From Octopus vulgaris (lineage: Eukaryota), in NCBI GenBank assembly GCA_951406725.2, contig OX597821.1:51646001-51710000 (forward strand): 64,000 nt of DNA, written 5' to 3'. Of this stretch, positions 53,813 to 64,000 are shown piece after piece. A program made the translations under genes and the position numbers. Numbering within the stretch: position 1 is the stretch's first letter; each line of letters starts with the position of its first letter. The notes under the pieces are model-generated. The model searched no databases and was not told the DNA's origin. It saw nothing but the letters and a program-made list of their open reading frames with translations.

Positions 53813-54430
53813 ATATTATTCCATTCAAATAACCACATATATATATATTAAGACATAGATAATAAGACTATAGAAATATAACAATATAAACATAAAAAAA
53901 ACATAAAAACATATAAAGTGTACCATGAAAGTAGAAAACATGGAATAGATTAAAGGAGGTGATAGAAAGAATCAGTCCAAATCTGCAGGCGTTTCTAAAA
54001 AGTTTTAAGGGGCTCTAGGAAATAATCCAAATTCAATTTCCTGTATAAAAACATTTCCTTCCTCAGGGTGCCTATCAGGTGGTAAGGTCCAGTAAGGCAC
54101 TACTTGGTGAAATTTCTGTTGGTTGTTGAATATCGAATGGATATATTTTGGTCGCGTGAACGGAACCCTGAAGAAAGAAATGTTTTTATACGGAATTATT
54201 TGGGATTATTTTCTACAGCCCCTTAAAACGTTTTAGAAACGCCTGTAGGTTTGGACTAATCCTTTGAATCGCCTCCTTTAATCAATTCTAACTACATTTT
54301 CTACTTTCATGGTACACCTTATATGCTTTTTATACTTTTTTAAAATTGTATATGTTTATGTTCTTATATTTCTATAGTTTTATTATCGATGTCTCAATAT
54401 ATATATGTGGTGATTTGAATGGAATAATAT
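53813..54430. mobile_element. Inverted pLTR-like pair (~260-bp diverged arms), each arm starting with a hammerhead motif
   Basis: 53813-54069 versus the reverse complement of 54164-54430. Confidence 0.8.
54163..54252 (+). ncRNA. Type I hammerhead ribozyme (GUA site, long stem II)
   Basis: gaacc-CTGAAGA-aagaaatgtttt...aaaacgtttta-GAAA-c(gcct)g-TA-ggttt. Confidence 0.7.
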
Positions 54431-54884
54431 CTCATGTCATACAGAAATCACAATGTAAGTGTATGTCAAAGCAAACGGTTACACTGTTGTACCATTGAAT
54501 TACAAATAATGCACATCTTTTATGCCCAGTTAACTCTACAGCTTCCAAAAGCACAACTGCATTCGTTTTTGCTTAGATAAAATGATAGAATTGTGGGTGT
54601 TAAGTCCCCATGGAGAGGTCTTTCCAACTTGTAAGAAGATGAAATTTTATAAATATAACTTCATTTGTGTCTAATATCTATGGTTAATCAACAGCGAATT
54701 ATCATGGGGATTATGGCCCTTATGCATAGAATATAATTTCCAAATTTCATAAACCTCCAATCAGTACTGTTTACCTAGTTTTGACTCATAAAAGAAATGA
54801 CTAAAATTTGGGAGTTACATATATACACTTACATATATACATACATATACGATTGATTTGTTTCAGTTCCTGTCAACGAAATCC

Positions 54885-54915
<31 letters not shown>

Positions 54916-54989
54916 CAAAGATAAATTGATAGATACAACTGAGTGGGCAAACAAAACTATGAGTCACTGCCTAGTTCTTTTTTTTTATT

Positions 54990-55300
54990 TTGATAAGCCT
55001 GGTACTTATTCTATCAGTTTCTTCTTGTGAAATCAGTAAGTTATGGGGATGTAAATAAACGAACACCAGTTGTGAAGCAGTGATGAGAGAGAAACACAAA
55101 GACACACACATATACTTACATATATGCATACATATACATACAATTGATTTCTTTCAGTTTCTGTCTACAAAATCCACTGACAAGGCTTTGGTTGGACTGA
55201 GGCTATAGCAGAAGACACATGCCAAGTTACCACACAGTGGGACTGAACTGAGGACCATGTATTTGGAACCAAGTTTGTTACCACACAGCCACAACTGCAC
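54990..55300 (-). mobile_element. SINE family A/B composite
   Basis: ctggtacttattctatc...tttcagtttctgtctacaaaatccactgacaaggctttgg...accacacagcc. Confidence 0.85.
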
Positions 55301-55567
55301 CAATGTATGTGTGGGGGGTGTATGTGTGTATGGGTATATATATATATGCATGTATATATGTATATATATATATGTACATATTACATGTACATCTATATAT
55401 ATATATATATACACCTACACATACATGTATACATCTATATTTATAGAAATACATCTATACATATACATGTATACATATACAGCTATACATATACATGTAT
55501 ACATATACATCTATATATATACATGTATATAAATATATATACATACATCCATATATATATAAATGTA

Positions 55568-55618
<51 letters not shown>

Positions 55619-55949
55619 CATCCATATGTATACATCTATATATATATATATATATATGTATATGTATACATATATATATATGTGTGTGTGTGTGTGTGTA
55701 TACATGTAAATTTAAATTTAAAATCATATGGGTGAAAAATTGAATATCAATTTGATTAATATGAATTGAAAACCAGTGGTATTGCATATAAGACCATAGC
55801 TGATATTCTTCTAGCAAAATGGATGTCCACTGTTAATGGTTCATCCCTGTTATATAATACTTTCACTTTAATAGTTTCAATATTAAAGTGAAATCATAGA
55901 GAGATGTTTTTGTTTCTCTTTTAACACGAAATACTGAAATAGTGGAGAA

Positions 55950-56152
55950 GATATGATATTGCTGCGGGCTCGCCCTAGGCAAGAAGTTAAACTTTTCTGC
56001 CCATGACACTACATGGACCCTTAGTAAGGCATGTGTAAAATTTGAATCAAATTGGTTGTGTAGTTCTCATGTTTTAGGGATTCACACAGACAGGCATGCA
56101 GACAGACAGATAGACAGACAGGCAGACAGACACACATTCTCAGTTTTATATA
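55950..56152 (-). mobile_element. Helitron-like 5' end fragment
   Basis: aaatttgaatcaaattggttgtgtag...(gaca)n...cagttttatatata, the same architecture as the 5' ends at 39677 and ~61610. Confidence 0.55.
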
Positions 56153-56189
56153 TATACATATACATATACATATATGTAGACATATATAT

Positions 56190-56366
56190 GGGCGAAATAC
56201 TTAGCGGTATTTCATCTGTTTTCATGTTCTGAGTTCTAATACCGCCGGGCTCGACTTTGCCTTTCATGCTTTCGAGGTCGATAAGTTAAGTACCGGTGAA
56301 ACTCTGGGGCGATTTATCGACTTACCCCTCCCCAATATTGCAGGTCTTGTGCTTATAGCAGAAAGG
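56190..56366 (+). mobile_element. Nin/Deu-like SINE
   Basis: ggcgaaatacttagcggtattt...tcgactttgcctttcatgctttcgaggtcgataagttaagtacc. Confidence 0.85.
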
Positions 56367-56399
<33 letters not shown>

Positions 56400-57018
56400 A
56401 TGTGTATGCGTGTATATATATACATATATGTGTGTATATATGTGTGTACATATATGTTTGCATACATATGTATGTATCTATCTATCTTTCTATGTCTATA
56501 TATATATATATGTGTGTGTGTGTATTTTTCATACATGTGAATGTATATATATATATATATATATATGCACATTCGAGTATGAAATAGTTTCTCTCTCTCT
56601 CACTCTCTCTTTGTCCTTCTCTGTTATACGAGAGTTCCACCGCCTGCGCTGTTGAGACATTTTGGCTGCTAGTATAACCCATGGGCCGCATGCAGGCACG
56701 TCTAACGGAAAGTGATCAAGATTTGTAATATTAGCGCTCCTTACCAGATAATGAGCCACGTCACATGTGACTCTATTCTCAAATAATTTGGTCGTTCCGG
56801 TTTCGTAGGTGCAGTAAGTGTACCTGAGTAGTCGTGGTTCCCTGCCCGTCTGTATGAAGTGTTGAGCTTGTCATACAGCTTCCCTGGAGGCCCTAACAAG
56901 GAGGTACTCTGTAATTTTAACCTAAGATGTGGCCGTACTTGATAACGAGCTGTTATCTACCATATATATATATGTTTCTGATGTATGTATGTTGATATGT
57001 AAAAATATATAAACGCAC

Positions 57019-57115
<97 letters not shown>

Positions 57116-57239
57116 ATCTTATATGTATACGTTACTTTCTTAACTAAACATAACTTTGTGAGGCAAACCTAAGCTATCACAAAAACTAACCATTGTTTAC
57201 CTATTTTGGCATAACGGCTGCAGTCGATGACACGGTCCT

Positions 57240-57375
57240 CAATGCTCAATTAGTACTTATTCTGTAAGATCCTGAAAGGGATAAAAGGCAAATTCGACTC
57301 TTGTAGAATTTGAACTCAGAACGCAAAACCTGGCGAGATGTTGCTACGCATTTTGATTGTGCCAGCTCGCCGTCT
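57240..57375 (-). mobile_element. Nin/Deu-like SINE, decayed
   Basis: gataaaaggcaaattcgactc...aatttgaactcagaacg...gccagctcgccg. Confidence 0.75.
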
Positions 57376-58225
57376 TGTTTGAGCTAACTATTAAAACAAA
57401 TTTCTGTTGCCAATATGCAAAATTACTCGAATCAGGATGAATGCCATTGATAGAAGGAAACATGTCTTTCAATAAACTGCTAATAATTGCTTGGATAAGT
57501 AATTGTATTCCTAATAATTTTATCAATAGATATTGTATCCTATTTAATTTGTTTATTGGTCTCTTACAACCACAACCACTTGATTGCATCTCAAGGATTT
57601 ATTTTTATTGAATGCCTGAATCTAATTTTGGGACATAAAACGTCTGCAAAGGATGCTTTAGAATACGAAAATATGATTGCTATTTCTTCAACCGCATTTC
57701 CATGTGCAGCAGCTTGACTCATTTCCAACAAGCATATAATAACTATGTAATATTAGTGCCTCCAATCTGTGATAAATATTAAAAAATATTCTTAATATTC
57801 TTACTACTTCAGCCAACTGAAACTGTGTTGTAATGTTAAGAATTTGCCGTTTAAATACGTCTTTTGTTACACACTCTTTGAAGATATCTTCTACTAAGAT
57901 TCAAGTTGAGGTGAATACATTCTCTCAGTGACTGTTTCTTCGTCCTTTACACAGAAGAGATTTTACGTTTTCTTCTTATTTTTCTCTTCGTTTAGCCTCT
58001 GTACATAAAAAAAATGTTGAAGAATATGTAATTTCTGCTAGAATTGACATGCAGTTATTTCCAGATGCTGCTCTACTATATTTGTATGTGTGGGTCATTT
58101 GTATAGGTTTCCGTAGCTTCGCTTAATCTGATATTGCTTTGATGCTGAAAATAAAATTGAATTGTAAAACAAAAACAGAAAAAAGACGACTGGAATATTT
58201 TCAGATATTCGCCATTTCTACACAT

Positions 58226-58253
58226 AGTAATAATAATAATAATAATAATAATG

Positions 58254-58319
<66 letters not shown>

Positions 58320-58549
58320 GTCATGATGATGGTGATCATGATTACTAGTCGTGCTCATGTAGAGTATTAGTATAGGTTAGTATAGAGCAAAGGAGAAATA
58401 CGAAGTTGTGGTATTTATAATTTTCTCAATGGGATTATTGCATCGAGCAAAATTGTTCAGGGAAAGAAATGAAATCTGTTTGTTGCAATCCAGCTTAAAC
58501 AGGGTATCGCCATACAAACTGCTACGCCAACACCAATGATAACAATAAC

Positions 58550-58605
<56 letters not shown>
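58226..58605. repeat. Two (TAA)n microsatellites (58226-58316, 58540-58605)
   Basis: Seen directly. Confidence 0.95.
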
Positions 58606-58609
58606 GTCT

Positions 58610-58800
58610 ATTATAGGCACATGGTCTGAAATTTTAGTGGAGCATAAGTCAATTACACCGACCCCAGCGTTCATCTGGTACTTATTTCAACGACCCCGAA
58701 AGGATGAAAGACAAATTCGATCCCGTAGAATGTAAAGATGGACGAAATAAGGCTAAACATTTCCGCTGCGTTTTAACGTCTCTGCTGGCTCGTCGCCTTT
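58610..58800 (-). mobile_element. Nin/Deu-like SINE
   Basis: ctggtacttatttcaacgaccccgaaaggatgaaag...ctggctcgtcgcctt. Confidence 0.85.
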
Positions 58801-59199
58801 TTATCATTGTTTAAAATTCTGAGACAAGGTCATCAATAAAATGACGAATGACAGCATTTAGCGTTTGTATGTTCTTTCAGGTAGCGATGATATATTATTT
58901 GCTTGATTTGTTTCATATAAGCTTCGGTGGTTAACGTAGCCAATCGCAGAAAAACAAATACACACACACACACAAACACACACACATAGATATGTGTGTG
59001 TGTGTCAATCTATCTATATATTATATACGAATGCCTATATCTAATTATTTATTACTCTATCTATGTGTGTGTGATTGACTGACAGAGGTGGAGCAGTGGT
59101 CCCGTGTCGTGCAGGCCTCTATAAGGCTGAGGCGCTCCGCCAAGTCCAAGACACTTCCGTTTATCACGCTCTACAATTCGTCTCTTCTATGTAATATCT

Positions 59200-60103
59200 T
59201 ATTTCCTTCTCCCTTCTACCACCCCACCGCCTCCGATCTCCTTATCGGTACCCCACGCATCCCCACCATTTACTTCCTTCTTGAATTCCATAAAACCAAC
59301 AACCCTGGTCACCCTATCGTCTCCGCCTGCTAGTTGTCCCACACATCTCCAAATACTTCAACCTCATCCTCGCACCCTTAGTGGCTTCCCTCCCCACCAC
59401 ACTCATCCATGACATCAATTATGTACTTGATCTCTTCAATTCTTTCTCCTTTCCTCCCGGCACCTCCAGACTCCTGTTCACACGTCACATAAAATTAGTA
59501 TACGCTGTCATCCTCACAGTAAAGGCCTCCTTGCTTTAAAATACTTCCTCGGCCTTCGTCCTGATCCTCAACCTGACATCTCTACTCTACTCTGTTTGGT
59601 TGAACTTCTCCACTCTCTGAATTGTTTCCCGTTCTCGTTTATCATCATGTCTCGGGAGTGGCCATGGGAACGAGAATGAGCCCCATCCCTCCCTCGAATT
59701 CTCCTGTTCTAACTCCAACACTTCTTTCAATTTTCTCGACGGTTCTGTCACCATACACCACTCCTCTCTTACCACCTCCAACCACTAAAAATCAGTTTCA
59801 CACTCCTATCTCAACATCTCCACACATAATACATACACACACAACATTGTCACAAACAACTCACGCTCCCATACGTACACATTCACACTCTCACGTAATA
59901 TTCATACTCATGCACATGCTTGCCCACACGCACATAAACTCACGCTCGTCTATACACACATATACACTCGCATACATTATCCTCGCATACACACTCGCGC
60001 GCTCGCGCACACGCACTTTAACCGGGTTACTGTCGTCTCCCTTTGCGCCAGCCTAATTCCTTCCGGTCAATTAAACATGTGAAGCCGTCAATCTAGACTC
60101 GTT

Positions 60104-60145
<42 letters not shown>

Positions 60146-60330
60146 TTCTCTCTGTTTTATTTCCTCTCATTCCTCTCGCCTTTGTTTTCTTTCTTCTTTC
60201 CTTTCTGTAGAAAAGCCTAGGCCCGAAACGTCAAGGACTTCTTCCATTTTTCCTGAGCGTCAAACTAACACACCCTATTTTTCATTCCCTCACTTGTCTC
60301 TGTCTTTTGTTGCTTTGTTTTTTGTACAAT
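59200..60330 (+). mobile_element. Penelope-like element remnant: RT fragment (59220-59690) plus 3' pLTR region
   Basis: 'TPRIPTIYFLLEFHKTNNPGHPIVSAC', 'KYFNLILAPLVASLP', 'LLFTRHIKLVYAVI', 'GLLALKYFL', 'YHHVSGVAMGTRMSP' are PLE RT motifs (compare YxLPKxHK..PGRPI, DxxSLYT, G.AMG); HHR-like motif at 60201. Confidence 0.9.
60201..60236 (+). ncRNA. Variant minimal type I hammerhead motif
   Basis: cttt-CTGTAGA-aaagcctaggccc-GAAA-cg-TC-aagg; A6 replaced by U; stem II partly decayed. Confidence 0.45.
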
Positions 60331-61101
60331 CTTGAACCGTGTGTGTGTGTGTGTGTGTGTGTCTGTGTGTCTGTGTGTGTGTGTGTGTGTGTGCGCGTGC
60401 GTGTGTGAGTACAGATATATACATGTTCAAGCATTTAAGCAACATACTTATACACACGCATGTACATATGTATATATATTTTTAATAGAGAAACATGAAT
60501 TTCGCATTATAGTTTACACACTAATTGTGCTCATAGCTGTTTTATTCAAATAAACACCATCAAATGTATAATTACTTAATTGCGAAACACAATTAAGCTA
60601 ATTGAAACCAAATTAAGTCAAATTAAATTAAAAGCTGTGATTACGAAATCCCCAGAAATGTGTTGCATTTGTTTTAAAAAGGGGACAGTGACATGGCATA
60701 ATGTCGTACAACACAACCTGCAAAAGATTAGTAGATAATGAATGAGAATCATTCGATCATGAGTTATGACATTCAGTGATATTTCAGGGGTTAAATCAAG
60801 CTCTACAAGTTCCTACATATCTTAGACTAGAATTAGATAATGTGACGATAGAACTCGCTACCTTCTTTCACTGATATAAAGTTTAATGTTAAATCGATTT
60901 TTTTTTATATGTTAGACAAATCGCATTGAACCCCCTATCAAAGCTTTCTAAATTTTTGGTTAGGAATGCAAGAATTAACATTAGATCAACGACTTAGATC
61001 AAATAGCTGCAACGGGGTAGAAACTCAATACAGACACCCATGTTCCGAAATGTTTATAGTATTCAACGAGGCGACAATACATATATATATATATATATAT
61101 A

Positions 61102-61599
61102 CTAGCAGTATCGCCCGGCGTTGCTCAGGTTTGTAAGGGAAATAACTATATAAGCATTTTTAGAGAGTTACTTCCCTTATAGATGCCAATTCGGGCTTTC
61201 TTAGCCATTTCTGTTTTTGGTGTCTTCAAGCCATGAAGTCGTTGTTCTAAAAGAACGCTGGTCTCCTTGACAACGCTTTACGACGTTGATTTCCTTACAC
61301 TCCCTTCCCCACAGCTTCACGAGGGAGGGAAGAAAGGGGAGAAGCAAACAGGTGCAGGTGTGACCATGGACGCCAACTCCGCCGCCATCGACACACGAAA
61401 AATTATGCATTAAAATGGAATAAAAAATGATGTTAAATTATTTTTAAAATCGTAGACTCATCGTAGACGCGCGATAATACTCAGATGGGCTCGATATGAA
61501 TCACGACTATAAGATACCCGAATTTGGTTAAACTGCACCGCAAAATGTGGGAGTAGTTAGGAATCTAAATCGAAGGGGACAGACACTCACACAACTACA

Positions 61600-61612
<13 letters not shown>
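61102..61612 (-). mobile_element. Non-autonomous Helitron in (TA)n
   Basis: actagcagtatcgcccggcgttgctcaggtttgtaagggaaataactata is the reverse complement of the 3' terminus of the 39677-40048 copy. Confidence 0.85.
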
Positions 61613-61645
<33 letters not shown>

Positions 61646-61647
<2 letters not shown>

Positions 61648-62032
61648 CGCAGGAGTGGCTGTGTGGTGAGAAACTTGCTTCCCAAACACATAGTTCCTGG
61701 TTCAGTCCCACAGCGTGATACCTTGGGCAAGTGTGCTCTACTATAGCCTGGCGGGCCGACCAAAGCCTTGTGAGTGGATTTGGTAGACGGAAACTTAAAG
61801 AAGCCCGTCGTATATATATGTATTTATGTGTGTGTCTTTGTGTCTGTGTTTGTCTCCCTACCATCGCTTGGCAATAGATGTTGGTGTGTTTATGTCCCCT
61901 CTAACAGCGGTTCGGCAAAAGGGACCAATAGAATAAGTACCAAGCTCACAAAGAATAAGTCGTAGGGCCAATTTCTTCGACTAAAAGGCAGTGCTCCAGC
62001 ATAGCCGCAGTCAAATGACTGAAACAAGTGAA
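61646..62032 (+). mobile_element. SINE family A/B composite, near full length
   Basis: ggcgcaggagtggctgtgtggtgag (A box)...ggttcagtccc (B box-like)...ccttgggcaagtg...gaagcccgtcg-microsatellite-...gcagtcaaatgactgaaacaag. Confidence 0.9.
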
Positions 62033-62051
62033 TGAGTATATATATATTCTT

Positions 62052-62254
62052 TTCTTCTTTTACTTGTTTCTGTCATTTGACTGCAGCCATGCAGGGGCGC
62101 CATCTTAAAGGGTTTTAGTCTAAGAAATCGATTCCAGAAAGATTTATACTTTGTAAGCCTAATACTTATTCTATTGGTCGTTTTTGTCGAACTGCCATGT
62201 TACGGGGACGTAAACACACCAGCATCGGTTGTCAAGCAATTACAGGGGGACAAA

Positions 62255-62313
<59 letters not shown>

Positions 62314-62415
62314 CGACGGGCTTCTTTCAGTTTCCATCTACGAAAATCCACTCACAAGGCTTTGCTCGGCCCGAGGTTATAGTAGAAGACACTTACCCAA
62401 GGTGCCACGCTGTTG
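62052..62415 (-). mobile_element. SINE family A/B composite, tail-to-tail with the previous copy
   Basis: cttttacttgtttctgtcatttgactgcagccat...cgacgggcttctttcagttt...ggtgccacgc. Confidence 0.9.
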
Positions 62416-62427
62416 AACTCTCTCTCC

Positions 62428-62530
<103 letters not shown>

Positions 62531-64000
62531 CTGGCTTCGAGTGCAGTTTCCGTCCAGAGGACCTACATTCACAAAACTTTGGTTAACTTGATTACGGTAG
62601 ACGGCACTTGGTCAGATTGCTGTGAGCTGAGTTCGAATCTAGAACCCCATTACTGCCAAAGATATTTCTTCAGCACGCAGCTGTGTCTGCGCCCAGATAT
62701 GGACGAATGATTTTGTGATTTTGCTTCTAGGTTTTGCGACGATATTTTTTCTCTTATATGAGTATTGATAGCCACAAGAGGTCTGGAAGTAAAACATTGC
62801 AATAAGAAAATAAAATGCATCATTAAAGATATTTTATTAATTAAGAGAGGAAGTGATAGAGAGAAAGAGAGGGAAAGAGAGAATTACAAAACATTAAGGA
62901 AGTGAATATAATTAAAGTATTCTGCATTTTTCTTTAATATCCATTCAGATTATGATAATTAAACACAAAGATTTATTCCTATACTCTTAATTTTTAATTA
63001 CCGTAAAATTTCGCTCCACCTGCTATGATGACATAATTTAAATAGGCACTTTAAATAAATTAGCATCTAAAGAACATTTCTGGTTGCCTCGTTGCTAACA
63101 CGCAAAATGGTGATCATGCAAGAAAAATTTATCCACCGTTTTGTATTATCACAGCCAATCACTAACAAATGTGTATCATATGATGCTTGCTTTCGCTTAT
63201 TGTTATACGTACCTCTCGAAATTCCTATCCTTCAGCCAGCGGAGAGGGTGCTGCGTCAGTACTTCGTTGTTTCCTATTTTTAGTCGTGAAAACTGGAAGC
63301 AACTTGAAACGAAGTGCCTTGCTCAAGCATACAAGTCATCGAGTAATCCACGAATCGAACTCTCAGACTTACAATTATAGGCCCATCCCACTAACTAATA
63401 ATCCACGTGCATTCATCACATACACAAATGCATGCGTACGAAAACAGACTCACTAATAGCACATATGTGCTATAATTAATCCTAGCGACTTTGTATTTTT
63501 CAAGATGCTCAACAAGTTTTCACACACATACACACGCGTGCACACACATATATATATACAAGTTGACTTACCTCCATGCAAATCAGCCTTCGTAGGCCCG
63601 CAGAAGGAACCAAGATTGTCAAGCATTTGGTGACCAAGTAACAGGATATGAAACAAATTCAAAACGGCTTCAAATTCCTCGGCCTCTATTGGTCAACGTA
63701 GATCACGTGGCGTTGTTGATCTAGAAGTGACATCAGTTCTTGTTTTTTGTGTTCTTCGGTTCACGTAGTTCAACAGATGTTGATAGGTCTGTCACCGCTA
63801 TGTCTGGAAACTGTGGCATGGTTTATTTAGTGACATCAGTTCATTATATTTGCTACTACACATGGCAGAGTGAGGTGTTGTCACGGATTAGGGGGAATAA
63901 CCAGATTTGGAGGTGCTAGATTCAAATTTGCTGATACTACGTAGGCTCATCAGTGTGGATCGGATTGAAGTCTATACGGGCGGCAAAGGTTAAGTTCCAT

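Noticed and set aside
56620-56960. GC-richer island, possible solo LTR
   Set aside because: No clear TG...CA termini with TSD and no second copy in the window
58076-58348. Poly-Ile / poly-Asn ORFs
   Set aside because: Translations of a (TAA)n microsatellite

Overview
AT-rich eukaryotic DNA dominated by repeats. The SINE families (Nin/Deu-domain-like and CORE-like) and the heavy microsatellite load resemble an octopus (coleoid cephalopod) genome; this is an inference from recalled repeat families. No complete protein-coding gene, rRNA, genuine tRNA or CRISPR array is supported, and nearly all long ORFs in the track are microsatellite translations. The window holds dozens of tRNA-derived SINE copies (about four families), remnants of RTE, L2/CR1-like and RLE-clade (R4/Dong-like) LINEs, Penelope-like element (PLE) remnants, mariner- and hAT-type MITEs, a TIR element carrying TTAGGG repeats, non-autonomous Helitrons and two candidate host exons. 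The main signal is a set of type I hammerhead ribozyme (HHR) motifs from at least five unrelated families. Most lie in inverted or tandem-plus-inverted duplications next to (TA)n arrays. One is a near-identical 558-bp non-coding monomer whose arrangement implies a circular or tandem template (retrozyme/pLTR-like). All folds and alignments were done by eye.
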